Positions 20,408 to 30,072 of a DNA stretch of 64,000 nucleotides are shown piece after piece (position 1 is the first letter of the stretch; each line of letters begins with the position of its first letter). Both the position numbers and the translations under genes were made by a program. A model generated the notes under the pieces. It saw nothing but the letters and a program-made list of their open reading frames with translations. It searched no databases and was not told the origin of the DNA. The DNA comes from Mastigocoleus testarum BC008. GTDB lineage: Bacteria > Cyanobacteriota > Cyanobacteriia > Cyanobacteriales > Nostocaceae. The stretch spans positions 1 through 64,000 of the forward strand of contig NZ_LMTZ01000096.1 of assembly GCF_001456025.1 (NCBI RefSeq), read 5' to 3'.

Positions 20408-21577
20408 ATGCAAGCAGTTACTTCTGAACAACAAGCAATAGATATCCCAAAACAAGGTTTGCCAGTCACCATTATTACTGGTTTCCTTGGTAGTGGTAAG
20501 ACAACATTACTCAACCATATCTTGAGCAATCAGCAGGGCGTTAAAACTGCTGTTTTGGTCAACGAGTTTGGTGAAATAGGCATTGATAACGAGTTAATCG
20601 TTTCCACCAATGAAGATAAAGACGATAACATGGTGGAATTAAGCAATGGCTGTATTTGCTGTACTATTAACAGCGACTTGGTAGATGCCGTCTATAAGGT
20701 TTTGGAACGCCAAGAAAACATTGATTACTTAGTTGTAGAAACAACTGGAATTGCCGACCCATTACCAGTTGCACTGACATTTTTAAGTACTGAGTTACGC
20801 GATCTCACTCGCTTGGATTCAATTGTCACCTTGGTGGATTCAGCTAATTTTAGTTTGGATTTATTTAATTCCGAAGCTGCACTCAAGCAAATAACTTACG
20901 GTGATGTTATTTTGCTAAATAAAGCTGACTTGGTAGATGAAGCAGATTTAGATGCTTTAGAAGTCAGAATAAAAGATATGAAGGAAGGTGCAAGAATTCT
21001 CCGCACTACAAATTCTCAAGTCGCTCTACCCTTGATTCTTAGTGTGGGTTTATTCGAAACAGATAAATATTTCCAAACTACTGAGAACGAAGGTCATAAC
21101 CACGATCATCACGACCATAGTCACGATCATCACAACCACGACCATCATGACCACGACCATTCTGAATGTAGTGACGAACATGATGAACACGACCATTCTG
21201 AGTGCGGTCACGACCATCATGACCACGACCACCACCATCATCATTCCCATCATTTAGAAAATGACGGTTTTAGTTCCATTTCCTTCCAGAGTGATAAACC
21301 CCTATCTATTAAGAAATTTCAATATTTCCTAGACAATCAACTACCCGAAACAATCTTTCGGGCAAAAGGGATTTTATGGTTTGATGAAAGCCCTGCACGT
21401 CATATTTTTCACCTATGCGGTAAACGCTTTACCTTAGATGACGATGAGTGGAAAACCGAGAAGAAAAATCAACTTGTACTTATTGGTCAAAACCTAGAAC
21501 AGGATAAATTACTGGAACAGTTGGAAAATTGTATTTGTCTTCCTTCTACACATCGAGGTCAAGGTTTTGGGAAATAG
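20408..21577 (+). CDS. CobW/ZigA-type GTPase metallochaperone (COG0523) with His-rich insert
   Basis: GFLGSGKTTLLNHIL P-loop, CICC metal-binding motif, and an HNHDHHDHSHDHHNHDHHDHDH... His stretch. The start is taken at the internal ATG (MQAVTSEQ). Confidence 0.75.
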   Translation: MQAVTSEQQAIDIPKQGLPVTIITGFLGSGKTTLLNHILSNQQGVKTAVLVNEFGEIGIDNELIVSTNEDKDDNMVELSNGCICCTINSDLVDAVYKVLERQENIDYLVVETTGIADPLPVALTFLSTELRDLTRLDSIVTLVDSANFSLDLFNSEAALKQITYGDVILLNKADLVDEADLDALEVRIKDMKEGARILRTTNSQVALPLILSVGLFETDKYFQTTENEGHNHDHHDHSHDHHNHDHHDHDHSECSDEHDEHDHSECGHDHHDHDHHHHHSHHLENDGFSSISFQSDKPLSIKKFQYFLDNQLPETIFRAKGILWFDESPARHIFHLCGKRFTLDDDEWKTEKKNQLVLIGQNLEQDKLLEQLENCICLPSTHRGQGFGK

Positions 21578-21727
21578 TTTTGGTAACTGGTAATTGGTAT
21601 GCGCCCGCACTGCTAGCGCAGTGTTAGCAAGGCGTGACGCGTAAGCGTCATATGGTAATTGGTAATTGCTTACTGGTTACCAGGGGTCTAATAATGACAA
21701 GAAAGCAATAAATAATCTCAAACAAAT

Positions 21728-22180
21728 ATGCGCGTCATCATCCAGCGAGTTAAATCATCCCAAGTTGTGGTTGAAGATAAAGTTGTCGGTAAAATTGGAC
21801 GCGGGCTTAACCTGCTTGTGGGTATTGCTGCAACTGACACTAATGTCGAGATCGACTGGATGGTACGCAAATGTTTGGATTTAAGATTATTTCCAGAACA
21901 TGAAGGTGGTGACCGTTGGGAAAAATCCGTAGAGGAAATTGGTGGCGAATTACTTGTTGTCAGTCAATTTACACTGTACGGAAATTGTCGCAAAGGTCGT
22001 CGTCCTTCTTTTGATCGTTCAGCAAAACCTCAGATTGCTGAGGAACTATATAATATTTTTATAGAAAAATTACGCGCTAGTAGTTTAAGGGTAGAAACTG
22101 GTAAATTTGGGGCGATGATGCAAGTAGCGATAGAAAATGATGGTCCTGTTACTTTGCTCCTGGAACGAGAAGCTGAGTGA
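21728..22180 (+). CDS. dtd: D-aminoacyl-tRNA deacylase
   Basis: MRVIIQRV...SQFTLYGN...NDGPVT are conserved Dtd motifs. Length is 150 aa. Confidence 0.85.
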   Translation: MRVIIQRVKSSQVVVEDKVVGKIGRGLNLLVGIAATDTNVEIDWMVRKCLDLRLFPEHEGGDRWEKSVEEIGGELLVVSQFTLYGNCRKGRRPSFDRSAKPQIAEELYNIFIEKLRASSLRVETGKFGAMMQVAIENDGPVTLLLEREAE

Positions 22181-22231
22181 GTCAGAATTGTGCGCGGTAG
22201 CGCACCGCTTTGCTAACAGAAGTCAGAAGTC

Positions 22232-22284
22232 GTAGAGACGTAGCAGAGCCTTTGGCGTCGGCGTAGCCTCTGCTACGTCTCTAC
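22232..22284. repeat. palindromic dispersed element (GTAGAGACG...CGTCTCTAC family) flanked by the 13-bp direct repeat AGAAGTCAGAAGT
   Basis: gtagagacgtagcagagcctttggcgtcggcgtagcctctgctacgtctctac, with agaagtcagaagt on both sides. Confidence 0.7.
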
Positions 22285-22437
22285 AGAAGTCAGAAGTGAT
22301 GACTTTTTCCCCAATCCCTAATCGCCATATGCCGCAAGGCGGCACGCAGTGCTATCGTCAATCCCCGATCGCCAGAGAACCCTAAATGATGAGAGAATAT
22401 TAGTTTAAGTATTAAATAAAGTTAAAATTCACTCATC

Positions 22438-22773
22438 ATGGCAAAAATTCAATTTTCAAGGGGTATAAACGAAGAAGTAATTCCTGAAGTTCGCCTAACA
22501 AGATCGAAAACTGGAAATAGCGGTACAGCAACATTTATTTTTCAAAATCCTACAGCTTTAAGTGAAGGTTATACAGAAGAGATCACGGGAATGTACATGG
22601 TTGACGAAGAAGGAGAGATTGTCACCCGTGAAGTTAAAGGAAAATTTATTAATGGGAAACCAGAGGCTTTAGAAGCAGTTCATCTAATGAAATCAGCCCA
22701 GGAATGGGAACGTTTCATGCGCTTTATGCAACGCTATGCAGAAGAAAATGGCTTGGGATTGAATAAATCTTAG
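22438..22773 (+). CDS. psb28: photosystem II reaction centre protein Psb28
   Basis: [33 protein letters not shown]...[13 protein letters not shown]...[18 protein letters not shown] matches Psb28 over its full 111 aa. Confidence 0.85.
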   Translation: MAKIQFSRGINEEVIPEVRLTRSKTGNSGTATFIFQNPTALSEGYTEEITGMYMVDEEGEIVTREVKGKFINGKPEALEAVHLMKSAQEWERFMRFMQRYAEENGLGLNKS

Positions 22774-22917
22774 AACTTACCTATTGTTGGTTATTGGTCA
22801 TTAGTCACTAGTCATTTCTTTACGAATTGTCAGACAAATGGCTGATGACAGTAGCCGCTCGCAACGGTAATTCTGGGATATAGTAGTCCGCAATAATGCG
22901 CCTGGAAATAATTACTA

Positions 22918-23427
22918 ATGGCTAATATCCCTCATCCAGATAATTCAGAAATCAAAGTCAACTGTGCTGTGATTACCGTTAGCGATACAAGAACTCCACA
23001 AACAGATAAAAGCGGCGATCTAATACAGCAATTTCTCAGACAAGCCCATCACAATATTGAGACTTATAAAATTCTTAAGGACGAACCGGCAGAAATTCAA
23101 AAGTGTTTGACATTATTGGGCAAACAATCAAATTTAGATACTATCGTCCTGAATGGTGGTACTGGTATTGCACCGAGAGATACAACCTACGATGCGATTG
23201 AGAAATTACTAGAAAAAACATTACCTGGATTCGGCGAAATATTTAGATTTCTTAGTTATCAAGACATAGGTTCGCGGGCAATTGCGTCTCGTGCAGTTGC
23301 AGGAGTTTATCAACAGAAATTAATTTTCTCCCTTCCCGGTTCTAGCAATGCAGTACGTTTGGCAATGGAAAAGTTAATATTGCCAGAATTAGTTCATTTG
23401 GTTGGTCAATTGCACAAGAAAGATTAA
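22918..23427 (+). CDS. moaB: molybdenum cofactor biosynthesis protein B (MoaB/MogA family)
   Basis: AVITVSDTRT...GGTGIAPRDTT...FGEIFR are MoaB/MogA signature regions. Confidence 0.7.
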   Translation: MANIPHPDNSEIKVNCAVITVSDTRTPQTDKSGDLIQQFLRQAHHNIETYKILKDEPAEIQKCLTLLGKQSNLDTIVLNGGTGIAPRDTTYDAIEKLLEKTLPGFGEIFRFLSYQDIGSRAIASRAVAGVYQQKLIFSLPGSSNAVRLAMEKLILPELVHLVGQLHKKD

Positions 23428-23841
23428 ATACTTTGGGTAACAACAATTATGTTTTGTAACAACAACCATTTTGAACCGGCAGGCAGGAAGTAGAATACTG
23501 AAACATCAATTTAATATTTATGGGCTTATGACAATTAATCCATAATTAACAAAGTTATTTTTGATGGTTCTGAAGTGATGCTAAATTTTACGCGTCAAAT
23601 ATTGCAATAACTTTTGGACTATAGCACTACGTAATACGTAATAAAGTTAGGACATTGGTAAATTCCGCAAAGCTATGAGTATAAACTTTTTGTAGCCGGA
23701 CCCGCTGGTGACCTTAGTTATGGGCGCGATCTGTTTTTACTTTTTACTTTTGTCCTACGGACACGCAATAGCTAGATTAGAAGGGCGTCGGCGGATCCCC
23801 AAGGTGACGTTAGTCAGAGCCTTCGTCGGCGGCGTCGGCAT

Positions 23842-23865
23842 AGCCTCTAGCCTCTAGCCTCTAGC
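23842..23865. repeat. heptamer tandem repeat (CCTCTAG x3) within a repeat-rich spacer
   Basis: agcctctagcctctagcctctagc. The same spacer carries a TGTCCTACGGACACGC hairpin at about 23751. Confidence 0.7.
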
Positions 23866-24022
23866 TGCACTAAAGGCGGATCTGGCACGCTTACAACGAC
23901 TCGGGCATAGCGCTATATAATTGTTGATATCAAAAAACCCCCTCAATTTGAGGAGGTTAAGAATCAATCATTCAATTTTTATGAAAATGAATTAAAAACT
24001 AATTTTATTTATATTTGACCGT

Positions 24023-25177
24023 CTACATTTGAGCGCCAAACAAACTTATAACTCCTAAAATTGCACCAACCATATAAAATACAGCTACAACTTGTAATTC
24101 TGACCATCCAGATAATTCAAGATGATGGTGCAAAGGTGCCATCTTAAACAAACGTTTACCTTTCCCATCCGGTCCCTTTGTGGCTTTGTAGTAACTTACC
24201 TGCGCCATTACCGAAAGTGTTTCCACAAAGAATATACCGCTGAGGATGAAGAGTGATGCCAGGCTGTTAGTAAGCAAAGCTACTGAAGCTAAAGCTCCTC
24301 CTAACGCCAAAGAACCCGTATCGCCCATAAAAACGCGGGCTGGATTCCTATTATGTGCCAAAAATCCCAAACAACTACCGCTTAAAGAGGCACAGAAAAT
24401 CATCAAGCCAGGGGAATCAGGAGCAACAAGAGCACCCAAAACCAATAAAGCGATCGCAACCGTTCCTGCAGCTAAACCGTCAACTCCATCTGTGAGATTA
24501 GTAGCATTACTTTCTGCCACCAGCACAAAACCAGCTAGAGGCCAAAATAATAAACCCAAAGGCAGAGAAAAACCTAATGGTAAAGCTATATTAGTAATAT
24601 CGGAAGGTTGATTTGAGATTAGCCATAAACAAAACATTGCAGCAAAAATTACCTGCAATGCCAGCTTCATCTTAGGTGATATACCTTTATTTGATTTGCG
24701 ACGTAAAATTTGCCAATCATCTACCCAACCTATCAAACCATAACCCAGAGTTAGAGCAGAAACAGCAAGTACCTCTGGAGCAAAATTAGACCATACACAG
24801 GAAGCAAAAACGCCTACCGGTATAAAGAAAATACCACCCATAGTTGGGGTACCCGCTTTTTTCAAATGAGCTTGAGGACCTTCCTCCCGGATGATTTGCC
24901 CAGTTTTTAGCATTTGCAGTAAAGGTACGACCCAAAAGCCAATTGCAGCACAAGAGAGTGCGCAAAATAAAAGCGGTAAAGTTAGAGAATTTCCTTGCCA
25001 AGGCGATCTATTTGCGATCCCATCTAATACTAGTGAGGCAGTACCGAGGCCTACACCTAAAATAGAGACCAGACTGATGCCAGAGAGATTTATCCCTTGT
25101 TGAGGAGACAATTTAGCGTCCACGGATTTTTCCTTCACTCCACACTTCAAAAAGTTGACCACAGTGGTTATTTGCAC
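24023..25177 (-). CDS. mraY: phospho-N-acetylmuramoyl-pentapeptide-transferase
   Basis: Polytopic membrane protein. Carries the MGDTGSLALGGALA and MAPLHHHLELSGW MraY signature motifs. Confidence 0.9.
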   Translation of the reverse strand: MQITTVVNFLKCGVKEKSVDAKLSPQQGINLSGISLVSILGVGLGTASLVLDGIANRSPWQGNSLTLPLLFCALSCAAIGFWVVPLLQMLKTGQIIREEGPQAHLKKAGTPTMGGIFFIPVGVFASCVWSNFAPEVLAVSALTLGYGLIGWVDDWQILRRKSNKGISPKMKLALQVIFAAMFCLWLISNQPSDITNIALPLGFSLPLGLLFWPLAGFVLVAESNATNLTDGVDGLAAGTVAIALLVLGALVAPDSPGLMIFCASLSGSCLGFLAHNRNPARVFMGDTGSLALGGALASVALLTNSLASLFILSGIFFVETLSVMAQVSYYKATKGPDGKGKRLFKMAPLHHHLELSGWSELQVVAVFYMVGAILGVISLFGAQM

Positions 25178-25215
25178 CGACTCCCAAATCAGCCTTATCA
25201 GGATTAATTTAATGA

Positions 25216-25461
25216 TTACTCTTCTACAGCGATCTCTTCTTCATCATCATCATCTACATCATCGTCGTAACCAATCCCATCATCAGCACTCATTAGGGTT
25301 TCAATTTCTTCCTCTTCTTCAGAAAGTTCCTGTTCTTGAACAGTACGCGATATTAAACGTCCACTAGAACGCAACCAATCCAATAATGATGACTCTTGTT
25401 TGAGTGGAATTACAGCTGCTCTTTGATTGCGAGGCGCTTCACGTAAAGGAGAATTTAACAT
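25216..25461 (-). CDS. hypothetical small protein with strongly acidic C-terminal tail
   Basis: 81 aa with a C-terminal EEEEEIETLMSADDGIGYDDDVDDDDEEEIAVEE. It lies co-directional, 38 nt upstream of mraY. Confidence 0.4.
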   Translation of the reverse strand: MLNSPLREAPRNQRAAVIPLKQESSLLDWLRSSGRLISRTVQEQELSEEEEEIETLMSADDGIGYDDDVDDDDEEEIAVEE

Positions 25462-25724
25462 ACTGGGGAAGAGACAAATTCATGTTAACGAAACTAGACA
25501 ATTTAGAGTCTATCACTTGATGATTGAGAATGTTAGTTATTCATTCAACTCTTTTAAACAACAATCAGTGAAAAAATTAAATCCTTTGATAAATAATGGG
25601 CGAGCAAACACCACCAAATATTAATAATTTGTAGGATGCTACACATCTAATTTATTGATACATCTAAATAAAAGACTATTTCTGAATCTGTTTGAAATCA
25701 ACTTATTAATCTGGGATTGAACAA

Positions 25725-26312
25725 GTGATGATCGCAAAAACAAATCTTTTAAATACGATTGGCGGGAAAAATCGCGGTATATTAACAAATGAGACCGAAA
25801 AGCAAGCTATATTGGCTGCGATCGCCACCCTGGAAGATTTAAATCCAAACCCATATTTACTTGAATCCGTTCATCTGCTTGATGGTAACTGGCGTTTACT
25901 ATACACTACCAGCAAAGCATTACTAAGGCTCGATCGGCTACCCTTTTATAAACTTGGACAAATTTACCAGTGTATTCGCGTAGAGAGTCAACGAGTTTAC
26001 AATATAGCTGAGATCTATGGTTTGCCGTTTCTAGAGGGTTTAATTGGGGTTGCAGCCAAATTCGAGCCAGTTTCTCGTCGTCGCGTTAGTGTGAATTTTG
26101 AACGTTCCATCATCGGTTTGCAAAGCTTAATTCGCTATCAATCTCCCAGCGAATTCATTCGAGAAATTGAAACTGGTAAAAAGTTTACTGCGATCGATTT
26201 TATGTTCAAAAATAACGAACAACAAGGTTGGTTAGATATCACTTATATTGATAACGATTTACGAATTGGTAGAGGTAATGAGGGCAGCGTGTTTGTTTTA
26301 GTTAAAACATAG
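25725..26312 (+). CDS. fibrillin / plastid lipid-associated protein (PAP_fibrillin) family protein
   Basis: LDGNWRLLYTTS and LGQIYQCI are typical fibrillin motifs. Length is 195 aa. Confidence 0.6.
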   Translation: MMIAKTNLLNTIGGKNRGILTNETEKQAILAAIATLEDLNPNPYLLESVHLLDGNWRLLYTTSKALLRLDRLPFYKLGQIYQCIRVESQRVYNIAEIYGLPFLEGLIGVAAKFEPVSRRRVSVNFERSIIGLQSLIRYQSPSEFIREIETGKKFTAIDFMFKNNEQQGWLDITYIDNDLRIGRGNEGSVFVLVKT

Positions 26313-26648
26313 GATGGTCTATTCTATTGTTTGCGACCAAACATGTTATTTGACCCTTAAAGTTTTGTCAAGGATAAATATCTGTAATTTTTGAATCTGC
26401 ATTGCATTAATCAAAAATAAATAAAGCTTGGTTAACAGTTGAACTTCCTAAAATCATTAATAGTGTAGATAAGTAGTACAAATATTTTTAGGATTTAAGT
26501 ATTTACCCTGTCTTAACATCCAATACCTAATCTCCAATTTTCAAGAAAAATAACTTAACAAAGCCTCTGAAGGATGCCTTCAGGTTGTAGAGTGAAATCA
26601 ATTAGCCAAACATAAAATGGTAATTGATAACTAAAGGGTAAAAAACTT

Positions 26649-26972
26649 ATGGTTCAACGTGGTTCTAAAGTTCGTATTCTTCGTCGGGAATCTTACTGGT
26701 ACCAAGATGTGGGTACAGTGGCAACAATTGACAAAAGTGGTATCAAGTATCCTGCGATTGTGCGGTTTAACAAAGTTAACTACTCTGGCATTAATACCAA
26801 TAATTTTGCTCTTGATGAGTTGCTAGAAGTAGAAGCACCCAAAGGGAAGAAGAAAACTCCTACAGCTTCCGGTGGGAAACAAACTCCTGTGAATCCTACA
26901 GAAAGGAATACTGGAAAAGGAAGCAGCGCAAAAGTAGAGGGCGATCCCAATCAAGGTACCGAGTCCCGTTAA
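26649..26972 (+). CDS. psaE: photosystem I reaction centre subunit IV (PsaE) with about 35-aa Lys/Pro/Thr-rich C-terminal extension
   Basis: [61 protein letters not shown] matches the PsaE SH3-like core. The extra C-terminal [29 protein letters not shown]... is not part of canonical PsaE. Confidence 0.8.
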   Translation: MVQRGSKVRILRRESYWYQDVGTVATIDKSGIKYPAIVRFNKVNYSGINTNNFALDELLEVEAPKGKKKTPTASGGKQTPVNPTERNTGKGSSAKVEGDPNQGTESR

Positions 26973-26975
26973 ATT

Positions 26976-27869
26976 GTGCCTGAACTACCTGAAGTTGAAA
27001 CTGTCAAACGGGGGTTAAACCAACTAACCCTCGATCAAAAAATAACGGGTGGGGATGTGTTGCTTCACCGCACCATCGCCTATCCTTTTTCTGCTGCTGA
27101 ATTTTTGGATGGGATTCAAGAAAGCAGAATTACTAGTTGGTACCGTCGCGGTAAGTATCTTCTCGCCGAACTTATGCCTGTAGCTCCCAGGAAACAGGAA
27201 AATGGAATACACAAGGACCAGATTTCTTATGACTCCCAAAAAAGCTGGCTGGGCGTACATTTGCGAATGACAGGTCAATTATTGTGGCTGCATCCTCAGG
27301 AACCAGTACATAAGCACACGAGAGTTAGAATATTCTTTGGTAAAGAACAGGAATTACGTTTTGTCGATCAACGCACTTTTGGTCAGATGTGGTGGGTTCC
27401 TCCAAAAGTTGAAATTGAAAGTGCGATTCCAGGTTTGAGTAAGTTAGCGGTAGATCCATTTGTATCAGAATTCACAACTAAGTACTTAGCAAATAAACTC
27501 CATAATCGCCGTCGTTCGATTAAAGCTGCACTATTAGATCAATCGGTAGTCGCCGGTTTAGGTAATATTTATGCAGATGAGGCACTGTTTAAAAGTGGTA
27601 TTTTACCAGAAACCTTATGCTTGAATTTGCAGGAAAAACAAATTAAGGACTTACGAATAGCAATTATTGAAGTCTTAAAAGCAAGCATTGAAGTCGGCGG
27701 TACAACATTTAGCAATTTCCTCAATGTCAAAGGTATTAACGGAAATTATGGTGGTTTGGCATTTGTTTATAACCGGGCTGGGGAACCCTGTAGGATTTGT
27801 GAGACACCCATTCAGAAAATTAGACTAGCAGGACGTTCTACTCATTTTTGCGATCAATGTCAGAAATGA
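26976..27869 (+). CDS. mutM: formamidopyrimidine-DNA glycosylase
   Basis: N-terminal PELPEVETV catalytic motif, H2TH region, and a C-terminal CRICETPIQKIRLAGRSTHFCDQCQ zinc finger. GTG start 3 nt after the psaE stop. Confidence 0.85.
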   Translation: MPELPEVETVKRGLNQLTLDQKITGGDVLLHRTIAYPFSAAEFLDGIQESRITSWYRRGKYLLAELMPVAPRKQENGIHKDQISYDSQKSWLGVHLRMTGQLLWLHPQEPVHKHTRVRIFFGKEQELRFVDQRTFGQMWWVPPKVEIESAIPGLSKLAVDPFVSEFTTKYLANKLHNRRRSIKAALLDQSVVAGLGNIYADEALFKSGILPETLCLNLQEKQIKDLRIAIIEVLKASIEVGGTTFSNFLNVKGINGNYGGLAFVYNRAGEPCRICETPIQKIRLAGRSTHFCDQCQK

Positions 27870-28110
27870 TCTGGAATGGGGCAGTTCGAGAAGAAAGAAT
27901 ATAAAGAGGTCTTTATAAGTCGTAGTTATACTCACCAGAATTAACGCTCGTAACTACCAGTAAAATTACCTTCAGATTTGCCAATTGCTTTTCCCACTAG
28001 GAAAAGTAAACTGATGACTAATTACCATATGCCGCAAGGCAGGCAAGACGCAGTGCTTATGGCTCTTAGCACAAGCGTGACGCCAGTCATACGCCACGCT
28101 TGTGCTAACA

Positions 28111-28175
28111 CCCATTACCCATTACCCATTACCCATTACCCATTACCAATTACCAATTACCAATTACCAATTACC
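28111..28175. repeat. STRR-type heptamer tandem repeat (CCCATTA x about 5 then CAATTAC x about 4)
   Basis: cccattacccattacccattacccattaccaattaccaattaccaattaccaattacc. Confidence 0.85.
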
Positions 28176-28245
28176 TGAGTAATTCAACTTCCCTAAAAGC
28201 TAAAATCTTTGAGAATACATTTCACTAGCCTCAAGAGGAATTGTA

Positions 28246-28461
28246 ATGCCGATCAAAAAAGGAACAATGGTTCGTGCAATCCGCGAGCAACTGGAAAATA
28301 GTACCGAAGCTACAGCCAGTGACTCCCGTTTCCCGTCCTATTTATTTGAAAGTCGCGGAGAAATTTTAGATCTTAAAGGTGATTATGCTCTGGTAAAATT
28401 TGGAAAGGTTCCAACCCCTAACATCTGGTTGCGCTTAGATCAACTGGAAGAATTTAAATAA
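28246..28461 (+). CDS. ndhO: NAD(P)H-quinone oxidoreductase subunit O
   Basis: 71 aa. [16 protein letters not shown]...[43 protein letters not shown] matches cyanobacterial NdhO. Confidence 0.8.
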   Translation: MPIKKGTMVRAIREQLENSTEATASDSRFPSYLFESRGEILDLKGDYALVKFGKVPTPNIWLRLDQLEEFK

Positions 28462-29049
28462 AGAATTGTGTGACATTTGTGGATTCAATAATCCCATATC
28501 CACAAGGATTCCTATATGCTGTTTGAAGATGGTAATCATTTGCAGATAGGTAATTAAATATCCCTAGTTTAAAGATATGAAGTTTTCATTCCTTTAACTG
28601 GATCTATGAACCCCTTGAAAGAGGGGTTTTATACTGGAGTGGCATTCCCAAAACCCTATGATTACAAAGTTTTGATTGAATGAGATTTTTATTCAATCAT
28701 TCAACCTCAAGATTATTTGAATATTGGAGAAATCTTCGTTCTGCAATCTTAGATTATTTTCCAGTAAAGATTCTAGATATCATGACCTGAGTCACTGACG
28801 ATACTTTATACTCATGCCTTTATTTAAGAAAAATTCCTCAATACAAAGATTAACTCCAGGGAATAAATTTATCTTATTCTTTATTAAACTTAGTATCAGG
28901 CAAAATAGATTGTTTGCTCTCATTTTTTGTTAATAAAAATACTCCAGGGCAAAATACCTTAGAGAAATTTTCTTGATGTTTTTTGCCATACTCCAGAAAG
29001 ATAGATCGCTAGATTATCCTGGTTATGGAGGTAAAATTAAACACGCAAA

Positions 29050-30072
29050 ATGGCATCAAGAAAAACAACTTCTCAAAGTAGAAAATCTAAAATTAGTTCT
29101 AGTACTAACAGTAAGACTAAATCTAATCCTAAAACGACTACCCTAAAGTCTCGCACTAGAAAATCAAAAGATCAGAATTCCGTAAATGAAAGCGTTAGTG
29201 AAACTATGACTGTGGAGACAAAAACTAAGGCTAAAGCTAGCACTCAAAAGCAAGAACCTAAAAAAGCTAACGAAAAAAAATCTCTAACTAGTACCAAGCA
29301 AACTAGAGCCAAGTCTAACTCTAAGAAAACTGCTGCAAAGGCTAAGACTGAGCAAGCTCCAACTACAACTAAGAAGACCAAAGCTAAATCAACTTCCAAG
29401 AAAATTGCTACTGCTACAAAGGTAGCTACCGAGGAAGCTCCAGTTACAACTAAGAAGACCAAAGCTAAATCAACTTCCAAGAAAACTGCTACTGCAAAAG
29501 CTTCTATCGAGAAAGCTCCAGTTGCTACCAAAAAAACTAGAAGTAAATCAACTTCCAAGAAAACTTCTACAAAAGCCAATACTGAGAAAGCTCCAAGCAC
29601 AACTAAGCAGACCAAAGCTAAATCAGCTTCTGAAAAGGTTAGTGCGAAGGTTGGCGAGCAAGTAAAAGCTAAGTCCAATAGCAAAAAGACAACCAAAACT
29701 AAAGCTACAGCAAAGAAAGATAACGCTCAAACTCTCTTATTATTAGCTTTGTGGGATTCTGGAGCCCAAACTAAAGAAGTTAATACTTCAGATTTAATTA
29801 CCCGAATCAAGCGAAAAAATGAAAGAATCGGTGCATACCAACGTGTCTTCAGACAGCTAATGAAAGTTGGAGCAATCAAAAGCAGCGGTCAAAATAATGT
29901 GACCTTAACCGACAAAGGCTCCCAAATGTTACTTGAAGGGATTACTAGCCTTAACATTGCATTTGATGGTAGACAGGTCGCGAGCAAAGTTGCAAATGCA
30001 TATTTAAATGCACTTTTAGCTTGGATACGAGAAATGAATCGTACGTCTGTAGCAGAACTTTCAAATCAATAA
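29050..30072 (+). CDS. Lys/Thr/Ala-rich repetitive (histone H1-like) protein with conserved globular C-terminal domain
   Basis: The N-terminal 220 aa is low-complexity, with about 20-aa tandem repeats (TTKKTKAKSTSKKTATA...) encoded by about 60-bp DNA repeats. The C-terminal 120 aa is non-repetitive. Confidence 0.55.
   Translation: MASRKTTSQSRKSKISSSTNSKTKSNPKTTTLKSRTRKSKDQNSVNESVSETMTVETKTKAKASTQKQEPKKANEKKSLTSTKQTRAKSNSKKTAAKAKTEQAPTTTKKTKAKSTSKKIATATKVATEEAPVTTKKTKAKSTSKKTATAKASIEKAPVATKKTRSKSTSKKTSTKANTEKAPSTTKQTKAKSASEKVSAKVGEQVKAKSNSKKTTKTKATAKKDNAQTLLLLALWDSGAQTKEVNTSDLITRIKRKNERIGAYQRVFRQLMKVGAIKSSGQNNVTLTDKGSQMLLEGITSLNIAFDGRQVASKVANAYLNALLAWIREMNRTSVAELSNQ

Noticed and set aside
21042-21257. 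71-aa plus-strand and 67-aa minus-strand ORFs
   Set aside because: Both fall within the His-rich coding stretch of the CobW-type GTPase. They are alternative-frame translations of CAC/GAC repeats.
24246-24611. 121-aa plus-strand ORF
   Set aside because: Antisense inside mraY and Ala/Pro/Lys-rich. An artefact of GC-rich codon third positions.
29244-29696. 150-aa minus-strand ORF
   Set aside because: It lies antisense inside the Lys/Thr/Ala repeat gene. It is generated by the 60-bp tandem repeats, and its translation is low-complexity LV-rich.
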